64,000 nt of DNA from contig OZ038378.1 of the NCBI GenBank assembly GCA_964036045.1, forward strand, positions 3,162,001-3,226,000, given 5' to 3'. Positions 24,191 through 36,639 of the stretch are shown in pieces. Source of the stretch: Eutreptiella sp. 'Long Island Sound 2002'. Taxonomy: Eukaryota; Protista; Euglenida. A model generated the notes under the pieces. It saw only the letters and a list, made by a program, of their open reading frames with translations. It was not told the DNA's origin and did not search any database. Position numbers and translations under genes: made by a program. Within the stretch, counting starts at the first letter, position 1. Every line of letters begins with the position of its first letter.

Positions 24191-25489
24191 CTTGTGCTTT
24201 CGAGTGCATGCCATCTTGATTGGTTCTGATGTGATTGGGGGGTGCCCAACGTGCACCCCCTTCATGTCCATGCGCAAGCACGGCGTTGCCGAAGCACGGC
24301 CGAGAGGCCCACCCAGATAATCAACGGCGGCGATTGCAGTCGCCACGGGTGGGTCTGTTGTAGGAGCCCCCTCCCCCCCCGAGGGGAGTTGCGGATTTCC
24401 CGCTTTGCCGTGGACTGTGGCCCGCGCAGTGGGTTCTCGGAACAATGCCCCAATAGGCAGTACTACGCACCCATTTGTGTCTCTGTCCTGCCTTCCCACA
24501 TGTCCTTGACCAGACCACGCCTTGCAATGCATGCCAGTCTAAGAAGGCCGTGTGCGCAAGGGTGTCCTATGCAGGTGATGTTTGATTTGGAAACCCAAGG
24601 GCTGAGGGGCAGAGGGTGTTTTGTTTTTGTTTTACCCAAAGTGGTCTGCTCCGTACAGTGGCCCGGACGGTGGAAAAGCTTTACCCAGGGGTGGGGGTTG
24701 GCGGCGTTGGGGCTGGTGCCTATGGACCTTTCAGTGGCACATACACGTGAAGGGCCAAGAGTGCTGAACGGGAGGGCAGTCAGGGTTCGGTGTGGACCAA
24801 CAACGGGGAGTCCGAGTGTAGTACCAACGGTGGCAGTGAACGCCGGCGGCATCGCCAGGGGTCCGAGCTCGTCGTCCGACAGCTCAGGGTTTGGCATGGA
24901 TGTAAGTGACCCCTGAAGGGCGAGGGCAGTGACCAGTGGTTCAATCACGGAATGGGCCCGGTGCTGCTTTTCGGAACACATGGCTGGCGCTAGGCTTCCT
25001 TTATAAGGAATTGATATGTAGGGGAGGGGGGGGGGCGTCTGAGTGCATCCCACAAAGGGCCGCTTATTCAATTTTGATTTCCTGCCAGCCAAATTTGGGC
25101 CAAGATTTTTTTTGGGTGGGTGGGTCTCAGAGCCGAAAGACCCCCCCCCCTCTTATAAACAAAGCTCAACTGGCACTAGGGGCGGCTCCGCCGCATTGTC
25201 GCACATGCCCGACGAATCCCGGGCGCGCCTGTGGCGGCCGTGCTGTGTGGTCAGCGCGTCGATGCACTGTGGCTTGTTGGGGGTGTGATGCCCTGGGGGA
25301 ACGACTGTTGTCAGACGATGGCCGAGCACGGTGTGACCATGCCTTCGTGGGACCGGAGGCGGGCTTGGGATGGGTGGTGCTGAAGGCGCGGCTTTTTTTG
25401 ACGACTCAGCACCACCGGGAGGGTGGGGGGTCCCCCCACGGCACACCATGCCACATTCAGCACAGCCCCAACACGCCAACTACTGGGCT

Positions 25490-25680
25490 CCGTGAACGCG
25501 GAAACGACACCAGCAAGAGCACCGGCCGCAGCGGCCGACAGAAAGCAGCGACCCGACGCAACATGCGAAGGGAAGAACGGGTGACCGTCCAGGGCCCCGT
25601 AAAGGAGCAACAACCAGACGGAATGTCACACAGGGGGTCCCCCCCCCGCCCCCTGGACCCCCCCCCCCCGCTTTGCCTGT
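25490..25680. repeat. Short interspersed repeat in intron 2
   Basis: Translates to RERGNDTSKSTGRSGRQKAATRRNMRREERVTVQGPVKEQQPDGMSHRG, a string I recall as an abundant repeat in euglenid predicted proteins (memory, unverified). Ends in a ccccctggacccccc module also seen at 20155-20210 and 20910-20950. Confidence 0.5.
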
Positions 25681-25766
25681 CCCTCCCCCATTCCCGCCCC
25701 ACGACGCACCCCTTGCCGTGCACTCCCAGCCCCTCCGCACGGTCGTCCACCCCCCCCCCCCCGCAG

Positions 25767-26165
25767 GACCAGGACTCGCTGAACCTGGCGCTGGCGGAAT
25801 TCGGGGTCGCGTGGCACACGGTGCCCAACACCACGTACCACAAGAAGCTGTTCGCCACGCATTTCACGTGTTCGCTCCGGGAGGTCGAGGGCACGTTCGA
25901 GGGCGCCGGCCTCCGCGTGGCCCTCCTGCCCCACCACTTCTTCATGCGGCGCCCGATGGTGCACCCCGAGAAGCCCTACGTCCTGCACCTGTACACCCAC
26001 GGGGGGCCCAAGCAGACGGCAGGGAAGCTGAAGATGCTGCAGTCCGAGGGCCTGCAGTTCCTGCGGACGGACTGGGCCAACGTGAGCTTCCCCGGGGACA
26101 GGGGCGCGTGGCTGGACTCGTTGCTGCTCGTGAACGCGACGGTGCGGTCGCGGTACTGGCCTTAG
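25767..26165 (+). CDS. Exon 3 of the GT77-like glycosyltransferase (DQD motif); spliced product ~541 aa
   Basis: (C)n-GCAG acceptor ends at 25766. Exon starts in frame with DQDSLNLAL, includes the ALLPHHFF and YVLHLY segments typical of the family, and stops at TAG 26163-26165. Confidence 0.85.
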   Translation, partial: DQDSLNLALAEFGVAWHTVPNTTYHKKLFATHFTCSLREVEGTFEGAGLRVALLPHHFFMRRPMVHPEKPYVLHLYTHGGPKQTAGKLKMLQSEGLQFLRTDWANVSFPGDRGAWLDSLLLVNATVRSRYWP

Positions 26166-28419
26166 TGCGTGTCGCGGCGGTTGGGGGCGGTTGCGGGCGG
26201 TTGGTGGAGAGCCATCGGCAGTTCAGGCCGCTGGGGCGCTTGGTGGTTGGTGGTTGCTGCGGGCAGGAAAAGGTCATAAGGGACGGGGAAGGGGCCGCAG
26301 CTAGCGCAGGGGCGCTTGGATCTGGTGCAGCTGGGGGGCAGCTGGTGTAGGGCATCAGGGCAGCCCGGGTGTTTGATGTGCTTTTGTTGGTGGAGATCAA
26401 GTGTGTGGGAGTGAGTTGGGCAAGAGAGGGGCGAGACGGGGTGAGATTGGGTGGGTGCGGGTGAGAGGTGTGCCCCACTGCTCCCCGTTGCAGCATCACT
26501 GCCCCGTTGCCGTGGGGTGCACAGATGCGGGTGTGTCACCGTTCACAATTGGTGCGGTTTGTTACCATTACCCAAGGATTGATTGATCCTTGGTGGTCGG
26601 GTGCTGGGACAGGCGCTTGTTCAATTGGTCAGGGCGATCAGGGCGTATTACGCGGACATCGTCTGCTTTGGTTCAGTTTTGTGTCCAAGCCGTCGCCCCA
26701 CCATCTCCCCACCGTCGTCGGCCCAGCCGCCCCGTGTTGCTGTCTGCAACCGTTTGTTCTGTTCGGCGCCAACACTGTTTGATCGGGGGGGCCGGAAAGG
26801 AAGTCTCGTCTGTCTGGGACATCATCTGAGGCCCCTACCACATGCGGTTGGGTCGAAACCGACTGTAGGGGTTTGCACCGCCGGACGTGGACTCTGCAGT
26901 CACCATCCAACCAAACCAAATCTGTGCGGGAGTACACACAGGCAATCCGTTGATTTCTGACAGAGTTTGAAGTCCCTTTCCCAGCCGGGCATGTGGTGCC
27001 GTCACAGCGTGCACTTTCCAGCCCCCGAGAAGTGCCATCTGGCCATGGGTGTGGACCCATGAGGGTGATCCCGGATGCCGTGGGTAACGGGGGGGCCAGG
27101 GGATGGGTGCCTGTGGAGTTGTAGCGGCTGTTGCTGGCAAAATGGATCGAAGAAGCAAAACCCCTTGCCCAAAGCATTGCCTTTCAGCAGTGACATAGAG
27201 GGTCGGCGCTCCGACATTGTGAGCGTCATCAGTGCTGTCCTCCGTTCGCCCGACCCGCAGGGGGATGCCGGGGTGTTTTCGCTTCCGGCATGCGAGTCAT
27301 GAACTGCATAGCGTTAGACAGACTCCAGGGCTGCAATACAGTGAAGGAACGCCAGGAGAGCGTTCCCACCCATTGACCCAATCCCTAACCTCATTGCCTG
27401 CCCGTCCGACTCTTCTAATTGTTGCTGAAAATCAAAGTGGTTTGTGTTGTGGCGCCCACACACTTTGTGAGGGAGGGCTGGGCAGATCGCCTGTGTGTCC
27501 ATCCCTGAATGCCATTGACCCTTCAGCTGTTGATCCGGGGGGAGGGAGGGAGGTGCGGGCAGGCCAGGTCCATGGCTGCGACCCCCCCCCCCCCCCACCT
27601 CTTTTTTGAAACTGGAATTCCCTCACGCGCGCACAAAATGTAAGAGTTGAGCTTCCTATCAGTGGCACACGGTGACTCGCAGCTGCCTCAGTGATTCGCC
27701 AGCACTCGTGGAGGGTCAGCGGTGCTGCCACACTGGCGGTGTTTGCACCCACATGTCACTGCCCTAGCCCTATTCTAGTCACCCATTGCACCACCTGGCA
27801 TGTGCTGCTTATGAATCCTCACACACTGTCCCAATAGATTTTGCCTGGCGCTCCATGCCACCGTACTGCACTGTCCTTGTGCATATTGCTGTAGCCGATG
27901 GCCCAACAACATGAAAATGAGCCAAACCCAGTATACTCGGGCAGTTTGCAGTTCCATGCCGTGCAATCCTCGCATTGGCCTCAATACACTACAAATTCTT
28001 GGTGCCCGCTTCTCCTGTCTTCTTGCAGCCATTCTACTGCTGAAGAAAGGCATACTGACACGCTCCAAGACATGACCAGCAGTTGTTCAGGTGCCTGCAA
28101 GAATCCCAAGAACACGCAATTATCCAAACAACAGTGGCAAGGGTGCATATTTCACAGGAATGTACAGGCGTCCCCAGACGGATGCAGAGCTTATGAGCAT
28201 TAGCCCAGATGTCTCTAGGAACGGCCAAATACCCCCTCACCAACATGGAAAAGACAAAATGCCTCTGCATCCTTAGGGAGTATTCATGCGGCATACCCCA
28301 GTCCGGTTCACCCCTTGTAAAATCATCATTTTGGGAGATAAGATTATCCCCGAATTATTTTTTTATTTTAACCTCTCAGTCCCCCCCTTGTGGGGCAGTC
28401 TTGTGCCTTAGGGTATTCC

Positions 28420-28650
28420 ACTCGGTCACACTTTGCCTACCTTAGCGCATCGGTCGGGATCAATTGTGATCACAGTTTGCCTACGTTAGCGAATTGCCTA
28501 GGGGGCTTGGCTTGTACTGTGATCACACTTTGTCTACCTTACCATGGACAAGGGGTGCTTGGTGACCACCAGATTCGCCTAGATCCCCTTGGCCGATGTG
28601 CCAAGGTACCACCATGGTACCATGGTAGGCAAAATGTGAAAATGTGATCC
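28420..28650. repeat. Cluster of direct and inverted gtgatcacactttgcctacc modules; related cluster at ~30480-30890
   Basis: Repeated gtgatcac palindrome with tttgcctacc/ggtaggcaaa arms in both orientations. Confidence 0.7.
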
Positions 28651-29859
28651 CTTATGTTTACCCACCCACCACATTCTTTCTTCACTATGCACTGCATGCC
28701 TCGCCGGGGGGGGGGGGGGTTATTTGTAGCTTGCTGCGCTCAACTGCATTGGTGCAATGCATCTTTTAATGAAGATTTTTCTGGTTGCTACCCACCACAT
28801 AGGGTGCCGCCCGCGTGGTGCAACGTGCGGTGTGATGTCAACCCGGTGCACACACAAATTATGGTAATATTAAACAGTGCTTCGAAGTGGGCAGGGGATA
28901 GTGAACACAACGATCGGGTGATGCTAATTGTGTGTATGGGTAAGACATTCTTTAAGGGTATTATTTTGGGCAGTATTGGGCATAATGGATGCATGCATGG
29001 GAACAAAAGTTTCACATTGCAATGTGTTGTCTCCCTTCGTCTTGGCAGCTCACATGTCACTGAATTTGGACGTGTTCGAGCCACGCAGTGGTATGTTCCA
29101 TCGGGGCACTACGGATGGGCATGTGCCCGCCACCATTGTGGGCCCATCATGAGATCATCCACCCCATACTATGTGGCATTCAACATGATCTGTTTGGTTA
29201 TCTCTAGCTGTATCTGTATCTGCATTGCCCACCAGACCACCTCATGTTTCCCATCTTGCGCGCCGAGTCCTCCTTGGGCCGTGAGAGGTGTGGCCCCTTT
29301 TCTATCACAAGGATACAACCTCCTTGGCAGGGGGTGTGGGCAGTTGCAACCATCAACGCCCTAGGGATGAGGTCTTTGGAGTGGAGGCTGTTGTGGTATG
29401 CAAGTTCTCTCGGTCACCGTATCATTGCTTACCTCCCCCGCCCCACCCTTGTAACCCCCCCCCCCCCTTGCAAACACCCCCCGTTCACATGGGGGGACGG
29501 TCACTCTGACAAAAAAGCATAGGAAATACTGGGCACCGAAGAACCATAGCCGCCGAATAAAAATCACCTCGAAGCGAGGTTGTTGGATCAAGCGAAGGCG
29601 TGGATGTCGTGTACCCCCCCTTTTGGGGGGTCATTCACGTAGCATACCCCAAGGCATGATATTTGGTGTCCAACCCCTTGTAAAATCATTATTTTCCCCA
29701 ATGGATTTTTTGATTTTGAGGCCTCTATCCCTTGGATATCACTGGATATCACCTTTTTTTGGGGGGGGGGTCAAAAGTTTGTGCTCAAAGGCTTGTGCTC
29801 AAAAGGGTGTGAACGAGGGGTAGATTGAGCAGAGCTGACGTGCCGGCCGGCGCCGCCGA

Positions 29860-29930
29860 TGGTCGGCTAACCGGGATTCGAACCGCCGACCCACAAGTCT
29901 GTGGTCGGATGCATTACCATTCGACCACCC
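29860..29930 (-). ncRNA. tRNA-derived Pol III-type element (SINE head or tRNA pseudogene)
   Basis: Minus strand GGGTGGTCGAATGGTAATGCATCC...GGTCGGCGGTTCGAATCCCGGTTAGCCGACCA has A-box and B-box (GGTTCGAATCC) at tRNA spacing and a terminal CCA, but no proper acceptor or anticodon stem. Confidence 0.6.
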
Positions 29931-31789
29931 GTTGTTATGAAAGTTACTGCTCTCCCTACTGCTTGTAGCCGAGTGTGCCACTGAAAAAATCCAAAGTATG
30001 TGTTGCTGTTTGCTTGCCTGCTTGCCCAATTGACTGTCTGATTGACTGCTCTTACTAACTGACTGATTGGCTGACCGTTAGCCTCTCTTCGAGGTGCACT
30101 ACTGAAGGCAATAGAATTTTCTTTGGATTACATTGGAACTGCTGCAGTTTTAGTGCTACCATTGTGTGGTGCAATCCCGGGGGACCGTCACTTCATGACC
30201 CCCCCCCCCCACGGCGGTGGAACTCGAGAAGGATCTTGGTGAGGTGAGGTGGTATGCCCTGCAAGGACCTCCTTTGGGCCCTCGTAGGTCTCCGCGGCTT
30301 CATCGGCTTTGCCCTTCTCAAGGATGCTTCCCTATGCTCGCTTGCACTGTCACTCCCACAATCATTGGAGCTCCAAGCACGAGGTACAATATGGCTATAC
30401 ATGCCCTGCCGGCCGGACTGGGCAGTCTCTTAAACATCTTCAAGCTATCAAGCCCGCGGCGCATCGGGAATGCGCTAAGGTAGGCACCGTGTGATTGCCT
30501 CCAAAGTGGGTGATCACATTTTGCCTACCTTACCTTTTTGGCCGATAGGCCAAGGTAGGCAAAGTGTGATCACTGTACAAACTTCTCTGGCCGATGTAGT
30601 ACGGTAGGCAAAGTGTGATCACGGGTGATCACAGCTTGCATACCATAAGGCACTGGACAAGGGTGTTTGGGTGTGAGCACACTTTGCCTGCCTTTGTGCA
30701 TCAATTAAGGGGGCTTATGTAAATTGTGCACTCAGAGGACACACCCTAGCCAATGCGGTACACCAGACAAAGTGTGCACTAACAAAGTGTGATTGACCCC
30801 TCCATGGGTGATGATGGTTTGCCTACCATAGGACATCGGGCAGGGAGTTTTGGATGCGATCACAATTTGCCTACCTTAGGGCATTGGGGTATGGTGGGTT
30901 GTGCGGAGTTGGTTCGCCTATTGTGGCCACTATTGCTTGGATCCAGACCCTAGCCCCATTGAACTTTGATAGAATCCGAGGCCCCTGCCATTGGTTGAGG
31001 GGTCCATATGGAAGTAAAAAGTTCAAGGGGACCCGGGTTTGGATCCATGACCACAATAGGCCAACTGCATTTTGCCCACCATATACTGCAAGTAAGCCCT
31101 AAATGCTGCATTTAGGGGGTAGCGTGCATGACTATGGGGTGCCTGGTGCTACAGGCTCCCCTTGGGCTGATGCGTATGTACTTCCATTGTCACCAAATGA
31201 CCACCTAAGCCAGGCCCAAGGGTCGCCAAGGCCAGCATGGGTCACCGGAAAAACTGTTTTACGTGGAAACCGTGATTTCCCGCCCTTCAAACGGGCAATG
31301 GCTGGACTCAGGCAAGACTCAAGGCTGCAAAAAAAAAGTATTTTTGCATTCTACCATGGGTATGCTGTCACAACATCCTCAATTCCATCCCTCTATTCGG
31401 GGCGCCACAGGGTCACCAAGGTAGGCAAACACGCCACCGTAACCAAAGTGGCTGAAGACTGCATAATCTGCAAATCCACTCATCCCACTCGGCCTAGCCA
31501 ACCCTCATGGATTTGGAATGTGAAAACACTTTGTCAGCTCAAAAAGGAAAAAAACCAACAGATTCATCACTTTCAACCCCAAAACCATGGCTATCGTTTT
31601 TTCAACCCCCCTCCCCCCCCCCGAACCGCCCGCCCCCCCAAAAGGGAGGAACAGCACTTGGAGCTTTGGAGGGGCGGACCATTGGGAAGCAGGCCCTGAT
31701 ACGTCTAGATTCGCTGTTGGTGGTGGATGGTGTGATGGAGAAGTAGAGAAATGGAAACACTAATGGGTTCGGTCCAAGGGTCTAGTGGA

Positions 31790-32050
31790 GCATGTGGACC
31801 TATGTGAAGCTCGACTGCTAATTTTGGAGACATGCGGCCATCAAGTGCACTAGCTCCATGTGCCCCCCCACATCGGCATCACTGGCAATGGATCGGTGGA
31901 TCAACTGGCCGATGTGGGCTGCCGAAAATCCCACCTGCATTTTGGACACCCATCCATGAGAATGGTGGGCAAGGCGGAAGAAGGAGATGGCAAAGATGAG
32001 GACCAGGAGGTCCTAGACCGCAAGTCTGTCACTTTGGATGAAAGAACCCG
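31790..32050 (+). pseudogene. Second degenerate RNase H remnant with charged tail
   Basis: PPHIGITGNGSVDQLADVGC matches P.H.GI.GNE.AD.LA..G and is followed by an acidic stretch, as at 2-310. Confidence 0.6.
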
Positions 32051-35000
32051 GCCTGAGCTGCACATCACTTGCCACATACACGCATGCAGTCCCACACACT
32101 GGTCTGTGGAACACCAAGGGCACTCGCCACTCCGTTGTTGGAGGTGGAAGCCTGCACGCCACAGCTCATCAGAGATGAACTAAGTTTGGATCCCCCCTAC
32201 ACCGGCTACGCTGTACTCTACCCCACGCGTCAAGCGGCACATGGTGTCGAGCACACAAGTGGCACCACGAGGGGTGGGACACTTTCCATACGCCGGTACC
32301 GCCCTCCCCCAATTCACCCGAACGGACGATTGGAAACGCCGAAAGGGCGTGAGCGTTTTCGAGTGTTTGCACTACCGATGGCCCAACAGGCGAGAGCTCA
32401 CCTGACCTGGTACAGTGGAAAAGGGAGGGAGGGTCCTTGCCCCTGAACCCAACCATTGAACTTTTGGACAGCGCAAGCAGTGAACTGGATCTCGTACACT
32501 GAACTGGAAGCAATGAAGACCGCAGTAACAGGCGTGGTTGGAGCTAATTGCAGTGAAGCCAACCTGACCCATTGTGGCCCCATGTCACCCGGGGCAGCCA
32601 CACGATTCTTTGACTCGTTGATGCTTGTGGAGATGGGATCCCCGACCCCCGGAATCCCCCCAGCAGCCCTTGCGGTCTTTTTGTCCGATGAGGCAGAGCA
32701 CTCGGACGACACCATATCTTGTAGTACAGAGGGGTCCAGATGCCCAATCCCCCCCCCCCCCCTGACCACCAATAACACATACACTTGTGTGGGTGTGTAT
32801 TGTATGTCACGTGACCTTAACCAGTCCTAAGACCACTGTGTTTTTCAACCCGAGGAACAAGCCACATGACTTGCTCCGCAAAAATACAGGGTCGCTTGCT
32901 TGTGTGTGTTGTTAGAGGCATTTATCTGCAAAAGTGGACTTGCCTAAGGCAATAGAATTCCACAACCGAATTTTTCGATATTGTGACCACCCATACTGAT
33001 CAAATATCACATGTACAGCATGTTTGGGCATTCTCTGAGTGTATTTCACCTCATTTGGCCATTGGGTGCTTTCCAAGGGACTAGTAAACAACTTGCCCAT
33101 ACAGTTTTCGACTCGAACAGCTCAAAACCCCAAACTTTGTTGGGGATGATGAGACAACCGCAATTCTCCCTTGCTTGGGGACAGGGACAGGCAGGGGGCA
33201 CAGTGGCCACTACTACATACCATACCCCAAAGGGTTAAAATTTGTGGTTGAACCATTGCAAAATCCTTATTTTATCCAATGAAAGTATCCCTCAATCATT
33301 TTTTTTAGGGGGACGCCCCCCCCACCACACAACTACGAACACTGAGCCAATGTTTGTCCATAGCATTTATTGGAACTGCCCAACATTGCTGCATATGCAT
33401 ACCGGGACGTGCATGTGTGGAGCGCTCTTTGACCTGCGTGCGGCCCCCCACACACACTTGAAATCCACTTTTAGAGCATCAAATGGTCGGCAAGCTGAGC
33501 TGGATGTCACCGCCAAAAGACACTTCCAGCCATTGTTCATCAACAAGCTCCACAGCACTACGTTTGGAATTTTGATGGGCATTTGTCCCAGTGTTTCCAC
33601 CTGTGTGTCCTTGCGCTCATCGTCCTTTGCACAGCGGTCCATGTCCTTTTCAAGTTTGCACTTGGGCCCGCCACTGTCCCTCTGCACCCCAGTTTAGCAT
33701 TTGGCACTCGTAACCTTTGCCTTTGTACTCTTGTTGGGGCTTCGACTCTGCTTGAGTGGTGGTGTGCACGCCAGGGGCGTTTGGCCTGTGCTACTCCAGT
33801 TCTTTCTTTGGATATGGAACGGGGCTCAGTGACCCGGAACACTTGTGCAACGTTGCGTAATACATCCAGAGATACTAAAGTCCTTCAGCCCCAGTCCGCC
33901 CCAATCCCAAATACCATCCTCTGCCCGTTTCTGATCCATGTTTGTTCTCAGCCGCATGACCACCGATTCGCTCCTTTCGGCTGCTATTGCGAGTCCCCAT
34001 GGCATCCTGCCAAGCCCCAAGGCTGCATGCTGCTGGCGCTGTGGAGTGGCGGGACTCGCACTGTGCATCGTTGTGCTCTGGACTCTGTGCCCCTTCAAAC
34101 ACTCGTCAGCCCCCGGCAGTGTCAAGCAGTGGGTTGGCATTGCAGTGACCGCTGCAGCCACCAACGGCCTCCGCAAGCCTTCCTTGCAGGACACCCGGGA
34201 GACCCCATACCTGCGCAGACCCGGTGTACCAGAGGCTTCAGACCCCAAACGCCCGGCCCCCTCGCAGAGCGAGTTCCACACAAGGCCCACGCAGAACGTT
34301 TTCGTGTGGGATTTGGGTTTGGGCTGAGTCGAGTATCCAGTAAGGCCTTTCGTCGGGCCTATCCTGGCGTGCTGCCCGACTGAAGTGGATCCTTGCCCAC
34401 TGAACCCTGTGCTCGATATGATGCGCGCAGAGTATCGTAAGTCGTCCTCATGGATTACGCCATGATGCCTGCAGTCTTCCAACAGTTGTTAATGGGCTGG
34501 CTACCAACTGCACGACCATCAACGGGAACTGCTGGATTGCAGGGAGCTGACATGCGTTGGTGTGCAGTTGAGAAGCAAGCAACATTCTTGGCCCCAGCCG
34601 GTGCAACAGGAGTGTGTGATGGCTCAGCACAGAGCGCAAATGGAGCTGAGGTCATAGAAAATTGCAATTGGGGAGACAACGGAATGATGTACAGTTTGCA
34701 AGCAGGTCACTGGCTCGCAGCATCTTGCAATGCAACATCACCAATGCAACGTCAACTGCGGTCCTCTTCATGTGGGTACAAGGGAGTGGACTGTAGGGTC
34801 ACTTGTATGGATCTGCTTCTGCGCCATTTTCCGCGACACTGCCACAACGAAGCATTGCATGGTCTCTCAACACCCATTTTCAGGGGAGGAAATGCTCTGG
34901 AGCCGCACTGAAAACGGGGCGAATTGCGACTGTGAGATGGTAGGACACCTATGCCCACTGTTTGCCCAGCGTAGCTCCCTCTGTGACCCACGATCTTTTG

Positions 35001-36639
35001 CTTCCCCAAAGTTCCAGGATAGGTCTGTGGCCGGTCTCCTGCACAACACCGTTGTTGTGTGTTTTTGTCTGTCTCCTAAGACGGCGCCTCAGGTGCTGTG
35101 CCCGTGCTGTGCAACAAGTAGATACCCATGGAGTCCTCAGAGATGGTTCCAATGTGGTGTTGGATGATGGGAGGAATGCAAGGCTGTGAGGGTGGTGCAT
35201 CATGGCTACTACCATCACGTTGGATGCGATGCGCAGCTGCCCGTCACGATCGGGGTCCTCCTGCACTGGAGCAGCGTTTTGCACAACCGTGCACCATGTG
35301 CGCACCGCACTGTGTAGAAATCACGCCACGATCTGACGATGTAGCTACAGGTGCAAACCTGGTCATAAGGTTCCGTGCTCTAAATTGAGACGCCATTCGT
35401 CAGACTCTCGAAAGTAAGCGGAGGGCTAAGGAGATGCAACTTGGCCGTTGATGGCCACTGGATCTGCAACAGCCTTGGTCACTGGTTGTGCAACACGGTG
35501 AGCAGCTTTTTGTGCCTGTTTGCCGCTCTGCGTTTGTGGCGTCCATGCAAAAGGTATGAATAGGCTTGGACGGGGGCGTAGCATGGCAGAATATGTCGAT
35601 GACATTTACACTTGGACGTGCTACTCTGAGTGGGTGTGTTGTACCCAGCAGCACTAAAACGAACCCAGCACCAAAACGGGCTCGCCCATTTTCAATTTGC
35701 CGGGAAAGGGGTATGGATATGGGTATGTGAAGCCCTTGACCATGCCCTTTGGCTACTTCAACCCTTTGACCCCCCTGCCTCTCCCCCTATATCTGCCAGG
35801 AGGTCAAACTGCCAACAGCCTCGTTGACCCCTGAACCAGTTCACACCCGTGACAACGTCCGCAGCGCCACGGTGCAGAAGGTGCTTCCAGACTCGAGAAA
35901 GTGCTGCTTGAGCAGCTGTGCAGCAATTTGGCTAGGGCACGTTGGTTAGGCCGCACAAGACCTTCAAGGTGCACTGAAAGAGAAGGGCCTCCGATCTGTT
36001 GCACCTGTCGCAAACAGTGACACTTGCTTGCGGAGGGGGGGGGAGACCAAGAGTGGCTACTTGGGACACTTTCTATGGATCACCCTAAAAGAAGGGGGGC
36101 GAAAGGGGAAGGCTTGTGCAACTTGGAGTGGTGGACTTGGACCACACGTGCAGGCTACATAGCACTCCGCCCAAAGCAAGAAAGGTGGAAGGAAAGTGGC
36201 ATTTACTTAAACAACTCACCCTCACTAGATGAGTAGATGTGCAATCGGAATCATATGGGGTGGTCGCTTGCCTCTTTCTAGGCTCCCAACTCAACACCTA
36301 CTTCCTTTTCCCCATACTTGGCAGTGGCACACTCTACAATAGGTGGGGGCTCTTTGCATATGAAGCCTCCTCACAAAAGGAGGAGGAGGACAAAGAGAAA
36401 GAGGAGGTGGTGGAGAAATGGTTAGTGTTAGTAGGTACCGGGGCTCGTACGGACCTTGTGTAGTGGACAACATGTCCCCTCTGTTCTCTTCCTCCACTCC
36501 ATTAGGAGCTGCCTTGTTCCCTCGATTTTGGTGGTCCAATTGACCACCTTTCCGTTTTTGTCTGCTTTTATGGACAATGGGGTTGATAATGGCATGCTAA
36601 GCCATATGAATAGACATCATGATGGAAAAACACGCCATC

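Noticed and set aside
29860-29930. Functional tRNA gene
   Set aside because: The acceptor, anticodon and T stems do not pair canonically, so no anticodon can be assigned.
32169-32830. ORF downstream of the second RNase H remnant
   Set aside because: No ATG-supported start or family motif; probably element-derived sequence.
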